Shown piece after piece: positions 13,580 through 27,099 of a stretch of DNA of 64,000 nt. Location: NCBI RefSeq assembly GCF_006345805.1, contig NC_043003.1, positions 75,702,001 to 75,766,000 of the forward strand, in the 5' to 3' direction. A program made the position numbers and the translations under genes. The stretch comes from Octopus sinensis. Lineage: Eukaryota. The notes beneath the pieces are model-generated. The model did no database searches. It had not been told where the DNA came from and saw only the letters and a program-made list of their open reading frames with translations. How positions within the stretch are numbered: position 1 is the stretch's first letter; every line of letters starts with the position of its first letter.

Positions 13580-14456
13580 GCTCACACACGCGCGCACGCA
13601 CACACACACACGCACACAAACATCCATATGATTCATTTTAACCAGTGTATATCTGCATTTTTAGGTATCGCTCTTGTTTCTATTTTATCTTTCATCATGG
13701 ACAAAAAGAATGACCATTTAGAGGACATCCAATACTGGTGGGAGAGAGACGGAGAACGGTGTTGTCAATCAGGAGACCTAGCTGAAGCTTACAACAAACT
13801 GCAATCTGTTTATATCACCGTAGATGCAATGTAATAGAGTCAAGTCTTAACTCATTAAAGTATGTTGTTAGACTTCGTTACTAAGATTAGAATTACAACT
13901 GACAACGTTTCTGTCACACATAGCAATTCATAAATCAGAATTTTCGACAAAAATTTTTACTCAAACTGAATACCGTTGCATTCATCGATATCGGTCTTTT
14001 ACATAAAAAATTTCGGAAAGATAATACAGACATTATGTAAGGATGTTGTTACTTAAAAATTGACCTTTGTGAATTGACTCACAATTTCTTTCTAGAATCA
14101 GAATTATTTCAACTACTTCAAGTTAAAATTTGAAAGGAAACAACAAAAACACGACTGAATACCGAATGCGTAAACATCCATAATACAATTGTTATCCTCG
14201 TTTAGAGAGATTTAAAGAAAAAATTATACACACACACACACACATATACAGATGTATGTTATTGAATGTGTGTTGAGTGTGTATCTGTGAGTGCCCACAG
14301 TTTCGACACATTTGAAATGAAGTGTGATATTGGTAATTAAAGAATCCTATTCTATTAAGTAGGAAAAAAAACTCGATATTTTCACAGGTTTAAGTCTGTC
14401 AGTGTTATTAACTGTCTTGTAAATATATAACAGCTCGAAACATTGATATTTCATTA

Positions 14457-14507
<51 letters not shown>

Positions 14508-17500
14508 TGTGTGTGTGTGTGTGGTGTGTGTGTATGTGTGTGTGTGTGTGTATGTGTATGTGTGTGTGTATAAGTATGTATGTGTGCGTGTCGTATGTCT
14601 GCCTGTAAATATATATATATATTATATATATATATATTATATATATATATATATAAGGTCTATCTCAAGAGATTTTCTATAGACCTCACATACAGCACTG
14701 AATGTTGTGATGTTTCGTATATGAATATGTCTAAGTAAACAATGTAATCGGAGACAGAAAATAGGCAATGTGTGTACATGCAAATGTCAGGAGGTATTAA
14801 TACTTTTTCAGCACCTCATCCACCCCCTTATCTATCCACAAACACACTGCTTAAATAACAGCTTATTTAAGTTTAGCTGTGTAACACTATTCGATAAAGC
14901 AGTTTTATTTATGAAAACATTTTACTGACGACTGGTAAGTACATATTAATAGCTGGTAGATACACTCTTTTTCGATTTGCATCCATAATAATCTACGAAG
15001 TTTATTAAATGTTTATAAGTCAATATTGTGTCCTACATTGTGTCTGCAGTGCGGTATTTCCATTTTCTTTTTTTCTTAGTGTATATTTACAGATTTTCTA
15101 CAGAATTTAATTTCAGAAATGATAGTTACGAATATGCCTGTGTAAATAATGCAATCAAAGATGGAAAATTTGGTAATGAGTATATTTTCATCTTTCAGAA
15201 GTTATTGAATCTTTTTCAGCATCACATCACATCACATCCAATACGTTGCTTAAATAATATAAATTATAAGTGTCCTTGTAGTTTCGCAAATGTATGAAGT
15301 GTTGATAATTGCGAATAGAATTAGTGAGAGTGTGGCTGTTACATGAAGAATAATAAAATTATTTATTCAAAACTGATTTTTATTCACGATACCGTTGTAC
15401 CGAAATTTTGGTAGTGATCCTGTTAACTTTGTTTGTGTGTTTAGTGTGTGTAGTTGATGTGTGTGTTTACTTGGAGTTTATGCTGGATATGTGTGTGTGT
15501 TTGTGTGTGTCTATGTGTGTGTGTGTGCGTGTGTTTGTGTGTGTGTGTATGTGTATGTCTGTGTGTGTGTGTGTGTGTGTATGGGTGTGTGTGTGTGTAT
15601 GTGTGTGAAATGTACAGTAATGATCTAAATAAAGTCATAGCAATTTAACTTTTTGTCGGAATGACTGGCAGAGCCCTTAAACCACAACGGAATATCCGTG
15701 GCCCTTGGAAGCAAGCAAAGGTGATGATACGTTAAAAACAGTCGCACTTACAACAATGTAGACTCTGCGGAAAGCACTTAGGCTACATGATGGTAGTTTT
15801 AAACGGGCTGACAGGGAAAATCGCGCATATAGTTCAATCTAACAATGCCCAGAGTATTAAAATTTTCTATGCAAGTACAAACCAACTTTAATTCAAGCTT
15901 AATCGTCTTAAATACCAGTTTTGAAGGAATGGATCCCGCATCATGGCAATCATTTAAATGCTTTTCGAGTCATATTTCAATGTGATGAAGTAAATGGTAA
16001 AGATGAATTCCGTATATATTTAAAATCCACTTGATTACGATAATGTAGACTACTAGCCTGTTTATACATAAGGTTATTCAGAAAATTAAAGGCTAGATTC
16101 AATATAGCCTTTCTCCATCGATGGTGAAAAAAATTGAGTGCGTCACAGTGTAAATCTTCCACTGTACATGTTTAGTGAATTTTTCGAAGTTGCTGTGGTA
16201 TTTTAGCTTACATTCATTGAAAACAAGTCTAACGTGAGGCTTAAAACGGTTATAATCAAACTGGAAATCTCATACGAATACTTGTAATATAGTAGATCCA
16301 TTAAAGGTACCAAAAGTTATGCTGATGATAAACCGAGTGACGTTGTCATTCTGCAGTATAAAAATAGCAGGAGTCCTTCCGAGCAGCAGTTTCCCTTCAA
16401 TAAATCTCATTCAAAATTATTTGGTCGACTAAATAGTATAGCAAAGTTTATGTTCTGCACATCTTACGCAGCAGTTTGAACGCAAAACCACGTTGTTGCT
16501 AAGCCTCTTTCTAACTGTAGAGCCACACCTAAATGCTTCGATAGAACAAAGCAGATTAACGATATGTAAGACTGACAGCCAAAAATGATTAGGTCAGGAG
16601 AATCTAGAAAAAGATAACTGCGTTTAATTCCTCATGTCAAGACAAATTATTGTGCATCTGTATCAAGAAAATGTATTACCGCTAACCTAATGCTGATTTT
16701 GCAGTTTACATTTAGAAGCATAACAAATTCGGTTAAAAGATGTACGAGAAATCATCCTAAATTATGTTTGCTGAAGATGTTACAGTCGTGGGTTATATGT
16801 ATTCTATTTGTATTGTATGTATTATTGTACCGATTCAGTAAGTAAAATATAACGTATTTTTTTTACAAACACTTAGTAAATGTGTTCATATAAATCCTTC
16901 ATTTTCCTGCAGTGATTAATCATTATACGCAATTGATGTCTTTGTTACTTTTATCTGAGAAATGCAAATTTCTTTCGCTTAGCAAAATCATCATTGTTTA
17001 CTGACAAGTAAATCTAGGAATTCATTGTCTAATGGAATAGTAAGGGCAATAGTTTGACAGAATCATTTGAGCGTAGTACAAAATGCTTTGACGTCCTTTA
17101 CCCGACTCTTTGTGTACTAACTTCAATTCCTACCGAGGTCAACGTTGCCTTTCATCCACCTGGCGTCGAGCCAATCAAGTTTGATTTCTACATTCAAAAC
17201 TACCGACCTTGTACCTAACAGAAAAAAAAATTATTCGGGTTGTTATTTCAGCATTTCAACGGTGTAACTATACAGATATAATCTATTTCATTTGCCTCGA
17301 AGATAATAGATAAAAAATAATGATAGTATTTTTCAAAGTTTTCTGATTTTCTATAGATTTCCGAAAGAACAACCTATATTGATCATTGCTAAGTTTGGAA
17401 ATTAGATTCAGCAAATAATCACCAGTATAAAATCTCTTGTGAATAAATAGAATCTCTCATTAGTTCATCGAAATTGTTATATACAATTTGGTCGAAAGCA

Positions 17501-17800
17501 AGAATGCTTATAGCACTGAAAAAAAAATCTTAGAATATTCGTTCCATTGCTTTTCATTGTTAGTTCAAATCCCGGTTTTGTTTTTCATCCTTTCAGGTTC
17601 AAAACGTGGTTGGATAATTTTTGCCAGAAGAAATTTCGAGAGAGTTTACCTAATGGAAAAGAGAAATGCGAGAATTATTCTAACATCGAATTTAACCATG
17701 TACATTGGTATGAATGTCTCCTTGCTTGGGGAACCCATACCCCTCTGATCATCAGTAATAAAAACATAAAACTTTGAAGATGGTTCTTTTTATATAGCGT

Positions 17801-18103
17801 GGAGGTGCCATGGCCCAGTGGTTAGGGTAGCGGTCTCGCAGTCGGAGTATCACGGTTTCGATTCCCAGACTGGGCGTTGTGTGTGTTTATTGAGCGAAAG
17901 CACCTAAAAGCTCCACGAGGCTCCGGCAGCGTGGGGGGCGACCCTTGTTGTACTCTTTCGCCACAGCTTTCTCTCACTCTCTCTTCCTGTTTCTTGAGTA
18001 ACGGATCGATGGACTGGCGTCCCGTCCAGATGGGGAGAACACATACGCCACAGAAACCCGGAAACCGGGCCCATGAAACTGGCTAGGCTTGAAAAGGGTG
18101 ACG
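17801..18103 (+). mobile_element. tRNA-derived SINE with V/Meta-domain-like 3' part
   Basis: Head TGGCCCAGTGG (A box) and GGTTTCGATTCCC (B-box-like); 3' gatggactggcgtcccgtccag resembles the V-SINE core; ends in a T run. Confidence 0.75.
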
Positions 18104-20006
18104 TTTTTTTTTTTTATATTTATATAGCAACTGGTTTTATACGATGCATATCGATAGTTTCCATTACTGGAATGTTGCGAGCAGTTTATTTTCAATGAGG
18201 AAAACGTCATGTTCTTTCTTTTTCGATTATAATACCAAGAAGTTGTCAGATGCTCGTCAACTGTAATTTTCAGATATAAATTTAGCTATGCTATCTAGTC
18301 TGATAAGGTGTATATGGCTGGTTATAGTGATTTGTTAGATTATGAGACGGACATGTTTTAAGATGGTTAACAAAATCTGTGAAGGTTTTTCTGTGCATAA
18401 AGTTTTTCATTTAAGCAGGGTAAAATTATTGTTCCGTGTGCTAGAAAATTATGACTCGTATTTTTGCGCTGGAGGCAGTAATATATTTAGTTTAACTTTT
18501 AGTTGAACGAATTCATCTTTCTTAATTGTGATGAATGCTGATATACACCGAGTGTAGAGATATGTATTGTGCGAAAGAAGCTTTAATCAACACTTTTTTG
18601 ACATTAATTTCAATTATCTTATGATCATTCTGCGTATCATTACGTTTCTTAACCCATCGGTAAATCTTACACGTGATTAGATAAAAAGGAGAGAGAAAAG
18701 AAGGAGAGAATAAAAGAGAGAGAACAGAGGGAAAGAGTTATTTGATTGTAGTGATATAGAGGAGAGTTATAGGAATATAATTTTAGCAGATGGGAGATAT
18801 TCTGATAGTGAGAATAAAAACAGAGAGAGAGCGAAAAGGTGGTGGTGGTGGCGGCCGCGGCCGCGGCAGTGATTGTGGTGGAGGAGGTAGCGATAGTGAG
18901 TGCGTGGTGAAATTGAACTAAGTTTTTTTTTTTGTATATCACCTCTCACTTAACGCATGTGCATAAATGCAGTTCCATGAAATATTAGGGCTTATTTACG
19001 GTGTCATATGTACGGTGAACATCCTTAAGCTTATTCTTATGTTTTCATACATGGTGAGATATATGTTGCATTCTCAAGGGCTCGCAATTATCTGATGTGA
19101 GAGTTAAAGTTATCATCACTCACAAACAAAGGAAAATAAGAGGGAGAACGAACATGAACAAAGTCTGCAAAAAAGTACTGGTTTGAAAGTTGTTCGCAAA
19201 TTGAAATGTGTATTGGCTCTGACCCGTCGCTTTGGCTTATAAGTTACCAACGATATGGTTTTCAGAATATTCCACGCAGCATTAAATTTTTACCCCCGTG
19301 AAATTGTGACCCCTATATTTTACGTATAAAAATATTTTTACTGTAAAATTTTTCATTTCTTGATATGAAATTGTGACTATGTAAATTTTTAAATGATTTT
19401 TTTTTCTCTTAATGGGGAAAATAGAAAAATAAGAGTGAATATTTATTTTAGGAGTGCTCTGTATTAAGTCTCTAAAATTGAGCATAAAGCGTGTAAAGTA
19501 TATATGTATGAAGTGCATTAAATATTCATCGTATTCCAATTTCCTTCACTTTTCAATGAACAGCAGATGACCGACTATGTTTTGATAAAACTACAACATA
19601 ATCTACACTTTTAGGTTTTCTGGATGAAGTTTTCAGGAATAATCCACTAGGCTTACTATTAATCCAGTGAAATATTCACGGGTCCTGCTAATAGAAATAT
19701 GTTTTTGTAAAGAAGAAAATAGGCGTCTGTGAAATGGATATTTCTGCTGATACCATACCTCATCACCTACTAAAGACTATGTATATACATATTAACCTTG
19801 TTTGTACAATGATGTGGCACACCTCTTTGTATGAACGTATATTTTCAATGCCACGAACTCGAGAGTGTTCCAAGAATATGCAGAATATATTCTGCATTTG
19901 TTTCAGCAAAGAGCTGGATTATATTTTCAAATGTCTATTTATTTCACACATAGTTGAATATCGTTACACACGCGCGCACCACATACACACATACACACAC
20001 ATATGG

Positions 20007-20047
<41 letters not shown>

Positions 20048-20080
20048 CATACATACATACATACATACATACATACATCC
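20007..20080. repeat. (GATA)n(CATA)n microsatellite
   Basis: Direct reading. Confidence 0.95.
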
Positions 20081-20204
20081 ACACATGTACTGGGATGCAC
20101 ATACATAGATGTGCATAACCTTTGCACATGCATAGATGTGCAATTGACTGAGCACAGGCACGCGTAACATTTCCGTAGTTCTAAGAATTAATATGACGCA
20201 GAAG

Positions 20205-20377
20205 GTGAAAAGGCTGGCCCGTTAGAATTACTGGTACAACTCATTTTTGCTAGTTGAGTGAACTAAATGAACTTGAAGTAAGCGTCTGGCTCAAGGATAC
20301 AACGCGTGGATGGAAATCGAACTGACGTATTTACGCTTGTGAGCCGAATGCCGTAACCATTAAATCATTTGCCTTCA
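20205..20377 (-). mobile_element. tRNA-derived SINE, diverged
   Basis: Similar to 7815-7982 (actcatttttgctag.tgagtg, aatcgaac, gtgagccgaatgcc.taacc). Confidence 0.55.
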
Positions 20378-23135
20378 CTTTAAACATGTTATATACATAT
20401 ATATGTTCGTGTTTAGAGTTACTAGGAAAGATTTTCCATATTTCTGCGTTAGACCTTTATTTTTAGTGCAGAACGTTGATATTTTAATTCTGATAGTCCA
20501 CCACATTTTCATTACCTATCCGACCTTATCTTTAGAAAGAAACATATGACACTAATACAAAATTATTCACGCACTTTGCAGCATGTTGTGAAGAACCTGG
20601 CAACATTGTAATACATTATATATTTTATTGAACATCTATTTGATAGGAGCTATTGCAAAAGAGTAAAAGTAATAAAATCCTTAGAGGGGATTCAGCAACA
20701 TTTTATAGATTTATTTTTTTAAATGAGAATAACAATTGATGGGTTAAAATGAGCAAAACACGAAACATAAGTCAATACACAAATACATCAAAGTTAAATA
20801 TATCGTTGAATCTATCAGGAATTACCTGTAGCAGAATTTATAAATTCGGCTGTGACGAGTTTATTAGTTTTAACCCTATACCTGATTTACCTACCACGAA
20901 ATTCGCATATAACACTGTTATTAGCACCTCTTCCTTCTCAAGTTGATACCAGAAAGCACTTGAGACTTCGATGGACCAATCGATTTAGGATAACTATTGT
21001 CCTCACTAAATAATAAAGTCTAATAAGGGAAGCTGATATATACTTCAAAAGGAAGAACAGATTCGAACACAGTCGTGTCTTTAATATAACATGTTTGAAA
21101 GGAAAGATGCTTGTCATTCACACTATTATAAACTTTTTCAACGAAATAGAAAAAAAAATCGCTGCACATCTTAATTCTGGTAAAGCAGATTGAATGTAAA
21201 ACAGACACGAAGACTTAAGATATAGTTAACTTGTCAATGGAAATTCCCCAGTTAGAATAAGACACAGATAACGCAGTAAGTAACGAGCGTTTACTTAATA
21301 ATATCTCCAGAGTTTTTGATAATGTACAGACTTCGATACCATACCGAATAAAAACCCAAATATATGGAAGCTTCTCAGTCGATACCAAGGTAAGATATTA
21401 CTTTCGACACGTTTAAAACTTTTGTAATTTCCTAAAGAACACACTCAAAACTTGAATATCGGCACCAACTTCCTCCGCAAACGAAAAGATGAAATATAGA
21501 CTCGAATTAGAAGTAATCTCACAGTCGTTCGTGACTCTTAGTATTAAAACAATTCATGACAAACTGCGAGAGATATTCACCTGTATGGAGAATAAACAAA
21601 AATGAAAATAGCCACACACAAAACACAAATTGAAAAATAATGAAGGCATTAAAACATTTGTAAAAGTGATGTGAGTAACTTGTCTTATTATGGGCTTAGA
21701 TGAATATGTTACATATGACAGTGCATTCGGCTAAATTATGAAGCATAGCACAGTGTAGCTATAGATAAGTTTGTGCGTGCGTGTGTGTGTGTGTGTGTGC
21801 AAACAGGTATGAATTAATGTTGTTAACTGTCAAATAAGTTGAAACTATGTTAGACCTCTTCCTTACATCACAGGAACTGGCAAAACGCAAAAGTAATTTA
21901 TTCTCTATTTCTTTTAATAAATCTATAACCCACGTGAAGCATCGCTCAAAACTCGATGAAATAAAAACAAAGAAAATTGTAAAATGCGAGAAATTTTGCA
22001 ATAAACTTATACGCACGTTAATATTTTATTATTTACGTCTTACTCTACACAATAAGGTTGAAGTTATAAGTATATTCTTGAACAACGTGAGTAAGCATGA
22101 TATAATTATGCACTTCCTATAAACAATTTGGCTGGCACTTATCATGTCCCATTCTGCTGTCCACGACCTAATTTAAGCAAAGGGAGTGGCGGTGGGTTCC
22201 CTACTCAGGCCTTCATTCGACGTATTTTACTCAAAATCAAAATTTCCCACATTTGTTTTGATATATTTAATGTGACGGATACGGACAGACCGTGAGTTTG
22301 ACTTGAAGAAGATGCTGAAAATCAGTTAATCTGTATATTTATAATGGAACTATAGGTAGTTGCAAGGGGTAAATATATTTGCTATATTCATTGTACATCA
22401 ATACATAACACATGCAAATCTGTATATTTGCATGGTGACTGAGTAGGTGAAAAGTCTGTTGTCGAATCCATTCTGAGCTGTATCTTTCAGGTCCGTTCAC
22501 CTAACAAAATGAGGAAGCCTTCTATGTACAGAAACATCAGCTGACAAGAGACTTGCTAACAAATTAGTTGACAACACAGAAGAATACAAGTGTGAGGCAC
22601 TCAAACAGATACAACAGTATCATTTCCCTGAATAATATTCAAACCGAAATTACTTATGATAAAAATCACACGTTTTGTGGTGACATAGATTTATATTATT
22701 TAACGTATAAACCTAAATACAGCATGTATCAAATCGCATAGAATATTTTACAAAAATCAACAAACCAATATGAAATCAAGCTCAATACGAAAATAGAATT
22801 TTTTTAGTCGTATGATGTAAATCGAATTTTTAATGTAAAAAAAAAAATCAAATTAAACAAGTGGGTTGTAAAATTTGTGATTCAAACCGTTACAGGCGAC
22901 GTAAATGTATCACATTTTCTTCTTGTTTAACCTTGTATGTACAAAAATAAGCAACTATAGCGCAATATAAAATCGAACACGAAACAAAATTAGATAGTAA
23001 ATCATTAGTTGATACATAGTCAAATCGTATATAGCAAAACAGAAGCAAAAGAAGTTAATATAGATATCTCACATGATATATAAACACAGAAATTGAAGGG
23101 AACTTAAGTGTTGTATGATTCTGATAACCGAAAAA

Positions 23136-23300
23136 GGCGTAAGAGTGGCTCTGTGGTAAGTAGCTTGCTTACCAACCACATGACTCCGGGTTCAGTCCCA
23201 TTGCGTGGCACCTTGGGCACGTGTCTTCTACTATAGCTTCAAGCCGACCAAAGCCTTGTGAGTGGATTTGGTAGATGGAAACTAAAAGAAGCCCGTCGTA
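23136..23300 (+). mobile_element. tRNA-derived SINE with microsatellite tail
   Basis: ggcgtaagagtggctctgtggtaagtagc...ccgggttcagtccc...aagaagcccgtcgtatat; A/B-box-like head; tail runs into (TA)n up to 23536. Confidence 0.85.
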
Positions 23301-23446
23301 TATATGTATATATACATGCGTGTGTATGTATGTATGTATGTATGTATGTATGTATGTGTGTGTATATGTTTGTGTGTCTGTGTATATATATATATATATA
23401 TATACACATACATATACATATATGTGTATATATATATATGTATTTA

Positions 23447-23502
<56 letters not shown>

Positions 23503-23705
23503 GTTATATATATATATATATATATAATATATATATAAACAAAGATAAATGCGATACAATAAAATTAATTATAATCGCCGGTGTACCAGTACACGCCATA
23601 TATTATACATATATCATTACATTCAAGGCGAAGAGTGCACTAGATACACAATAGCTGGATAAATTTAGTGAGATGAAAATTAAAAACTTTTACAAACTTA
23701 ACTTT

Positions 23706-23778
23706 TCTTATACTGCAGTTTCGCCAAATTCAGTAATAAAAATAGTATTTATTTACTCAGGCTGGCTCTTCAGTAAGA
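23706..23778 (-). ncRNA. type I hammerhead ribozyme, copy 1
   Basis: UCUUA-CUGAAGA-GCC(38-nt AU-rich stem-loop)GGC-GAAA-CUGCAGUA-UAAGA; predicted cleavage after GUA, between + positions 23711 and 23710. Confidence 0.9.
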
Positions 23779-24109
23779 TTCCTGTTAATGATGGGAAGAC
23801 CATATCAATAGACCCATGTGCGTCTATCGAAACGCTCTTTCTAAACTATTCAAAACACTGCGCAGACTCAGAACAAACCCGACAAAATAGGGGATTGTGG
23901 TATATCGTCTAACGGTCAGAAATTTATCGAGAGAATATGTAAACAAAGATAAATGCGATACAATAAAATTAATTATAATCGCCGGTGTACCAGTACACGC
24001 CATATATTATACATATATCATTACATTCAAGGCGAAGAGTGCACTAGATACACAATAGCTGGATAAATTTAGTGAGATGAAAATTAAAAACTTTTACAAA
24101 CTTAACTTT

Positions 24110-24182
24110 TCTTATACTGCAGTTTCGCCAAATTCAGTAATAAAAAGAGTATTTATTTACTCAGGCTGGCTCTTCAGTAAGA
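24110..24182 (-). ncRNA. type I hammerhead ribozyme, copy 2
   Basis: Same core and stems; one substitution in the stem II extension. Confidence 0.9.
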
Positions 24183-24513
24183 TTCCTGTTAATGATGGGA
24201 AGACCATATCAATAGACCCATGTGCGTCTATCGAAATGCTCTTTCTAAACTATTCAAAACACTGCGCAGACTCAGAACAAACCCGACAAAATAGGGGATT
24301 GTGGTATATCGTCTAACGGTCAGAAATTTATCGAGAGAATATGTAAACGAAGATAAATGCGATACAATAAAATTAATTATAATCGCCGGTGTACCAGTAC
24401 ACGCCATATATTATACATATATCATTACATTCAAGGCGAAGAGTGCACTAGATACACAATAGCTGGATAAATTTAGTGAGATGAAAATTAAAAACTTTTA
24501 CAAACTTAACTTT

Positions 24514-24586
24514 TCTTATACTGCAGTTTCGCCAAATTCAGTAATAAAAATAGTATTTATTTACTCAGGCTGGCTCTTCAGTAAGA
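24514..24586 (-). ncRNA. type I hammerhead ribozyme, copy 3
   Basis: Identical to copy 1. Confidence 0.9.
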
Positions 24587-24915
24587 TTCCTGTTAATGAT
24601 GGGAAGACCATATCAATAGACCCATGTGCGTCTATCGAAATGCTCTTTCTAAACTATTCAAAACACTGCGCAGACTCAGAACAAACTCGACAAAATAGGG
24701 GATTGTGGTATATCGTCTAACGGTCAGAAATTTATCGAGAGAATATGTAAACAAAGATAAATGCGATACAATAAAATTAATATAATCGCCGGTGTACCAG
24801 TACACGCCATATATATACATATATCATTACATTCAAGGCGAAGAGTGCACTAGATACACAATAGCTGGATAAATTTAGTGAGATGAAAATTAAAAACTTT
24901 TACAAACTTAACTTT

Positions 24916-24988
24916 TCTTATACTGCAGTTTCGCCAAATTCAGTAATAAAAATAGTATTTATTTACTCAGGCTGGCTCTTCAGTAAGA
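24916..24988 (-). ncRNA. type I hammerhead ribozyme, copy 4
   Basis: Identical to copy 1. Confidence 0.9.
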
Positions 24989-25320
24989 TTCCTGTTAATG
25001 ATGGGAAGACCATATCAATAGACCCATGTGCGTCTATCGAAATGCTCTTTCTAAACTATTCAAAACACTGCGCAGACTCAGAACAAACTCGACAAAATAG
25101 GGGATTGTGGTATATCGTCTAACGGTCAGAAATTTATCGAGAGAATATGTAAACAAAGATAAATGCGATACAATAAAATTAATTAAAAATCGCCGGTGTA
25201 CCAGTACACGCCATATATTATACATATATCATTACATTCAAGGCGAAGAGTGCACTAGATACACAATAGCTGGATAAATTTAGTGAGATGAAAATTAAAA
25301 ACTTTTACAAACTTAACTTT

Positions 25321-25393
25321 TCTTCTACTGCAGTTTCGCCAAATTCAGTAATAAAAATAGTATTTATTTACTCAGGCTGGCTCTTCAGTAAGA
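25321..25393 (-). ncRNA. type I hammerhead ribozyme, copy 5 (stem I first pair broken)
   Basis: A>C at 25325 on + changes RNA position 1.1 from U to G, giving an A-G mismatch next to the cleavage site. Confidence 0.75.
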
Positions 25394-25723
25394 TTCCTGT
25401 TAATGATGGGAAGACCATATCAATAGACCCATGTGCGTCTATCGAAACGCTCTTCTAAACTATTCAAAACACTGCGCAGACTCAGAACAAACTCGACAAA
25501 ATAGGGGATTGTGGTATATCGTCTAACGGTCAGAAATTATCGAGAGAATATGTAAACAAAGATAAATGCGATACAATAAAATTAATTATAATCGCACCCA
25601 ATACCAGTACACGCCATATATTATACATATATCATTACATTCAAGGCGAAGAGTGCACTAGATACACAATAGCTGGATAAATTTAGTGAGATGAAAATTA
25701 AAAACTTTTACAAACTTAACTTT

Positions 25724-25795
25724 TCTTATACTGCAGTTTCGCCAAATTCAGTAATAAAAAGAGTATTTATTTACTCAGCTGGCTCTTCAGTAAGA
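25724..25795 (-). ncRNA. type I hammerhead ribozyme, copy 6
   Basis: Core and stems intact; 1-nt deletion and 1 substitution in the stem II extension. Confidence 0.88.
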
Positions 25796-26133
25796 TTCCT
25801 GTTAATGATGGGAAGACCATATCAATAGACCCATGTGCGTCTATCGAAATGCTCTTTCTAAACTATTCAAAACACTGCGCAGACTCAGAACAAACCCGAC
25901 AAAATAGGGGATTGTGGTATATCGTCTAACGGTCAGAAATTTATCGAGAGATGAGAGAATATGTAAACGAAGATAAATGCGATACAATAAAATTAATTAT
26001 AATCGCCGGTGTACCAGTACACGCCATATATTATACATATATCATTACATTCAAGGCGAAGAGTGCACTAGATACACAATAGCTGGATAAATTTAGTGAG
26101 ATGAAAATTAAAAACTTTTACAAACTTAACTTT

Positions 26134-26206
26134 TCTTATACTGCAGTTTCGCCAAATTCAGTAATAAAAATAGTATTTATTTACTCAGGCTGGCTCTTCA
26201 GTAAGA
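26134..26206 (-). ncRNA. type I hammerhead ribozyme, copy 7
   Basis: Identical to copy 1. Confidence 0.9.
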
Positions 26207-26536
26207 TTCCTGTTAATGATGGGAAGACCATATCAATAGACCCATGTGCGTCTATCGAAATGCTCTTTCTAAACTATTCAAAACACTGCGCAGACTCAGA
26301 ACAAACTCGACAAAATAGGGGATTGTGGTATATCGTCTAACGGTCAGAAATTTATCGAGAGAATATGTAAACAAAGATAAATGCGATACAATAAAATTAA
26401 TTATAATCGCCGGTGTACCAGTACACGCCATATATATACATATATCATTACATTCAAGGCGAAGAGTGCACTAGATACACAATAGCTGGATAAATTTAGT
26501 GAGATGAAAATTAAAAACTTTTACAAACTTAACTTT

Positions 26537-26609
26537 TCTTATACTGCAGTTTCGCCAAATTCAGTAATAAAAATAGTATTTATTTACTCAGGCTGGCTCT
26601 TCAGTAAGA
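26537..26609 (-). ncRNA. type I hammerhead ribozyme, copy 8
   Basis: Identical to copy 1. Confidence 0.9.
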
Positions 26610-26940
26610 TTCCTGTTAATGATGGGAAGACCATATCAATAGACCCATGTGCGTCTATCGAAATGCTCTTCTAAACTATTCAAAACACTGCGCAGACTCA
26701 GAACAAACTCGACAAAATAGGGGATTGTGGTATATCGTCTAACGGTCAGAAATTTATCGAGAGAATATGTAAACAAAGATAAATGCGATACAATAAAATT
26801 AATTAAAAATCGCCGGTGTACCAGTACACGCCATATATATATACATATATCATTACATTCAAGGCGAAGAGTGCACTAGATACACAATAGCTGGATAATT
26901 TAGTGAGATGAAAATTAAAAACTTTTACAAACTTAACTTT

Positions 26941-27013
26941 TCTTCTACTGCAGTTTCGCCAAATTCAGTAATAAAAATAGTATTTATTTACTCAGGCTGG
27001 CTCTTCAGTAAGA
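26941..27013 (-). ncRNA. type I hammerhead ribozyme, copy 9 (stem I first pair broken)
   Basis: Same A>C variant (26945) as copy 5. Confidence 0.75.
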
Positions 27014-27099
27014 TTCCTGTTAATGATGGGAAGACCATATCAATAGACCCATGTGCGTCTATCGAAATGCTCTTTCTAAACTATTGAAAACACTGCGCA

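Noticed and set aside
17801-17880. tRNA genes at SINE heads (also 23136, 42171, 47917, 61963)
   Set aside because: A/B-box-like motifs are present, but there is no complete cloverleaf and each continues into a SINE body shared with other copies.
18851-18864. 14-bp perfect GC palindrome GCGGCCGCGGCCGC
   Set aside because: Sits in a (GGT/GGC)n low-complexity tract; explained by triplet slippage.
21250-21395. Possible host exon ending at caag/gtaag (~21389)
   Set aside because: Good donor site but weak acceptor context, in-frame stops just upstream and no recognisable peptide; needs RNA-seq.
23673-23912. 79-aa ORF (MKIKNFYKLNF...) repeated in array units as a protein-coding gene
   Set aside because: No recognisable domain; the track shows it in only 5 of 9 units (indels or truncation in the rest); it is antisense to the conserved ribozyme, which explains the sequence better.
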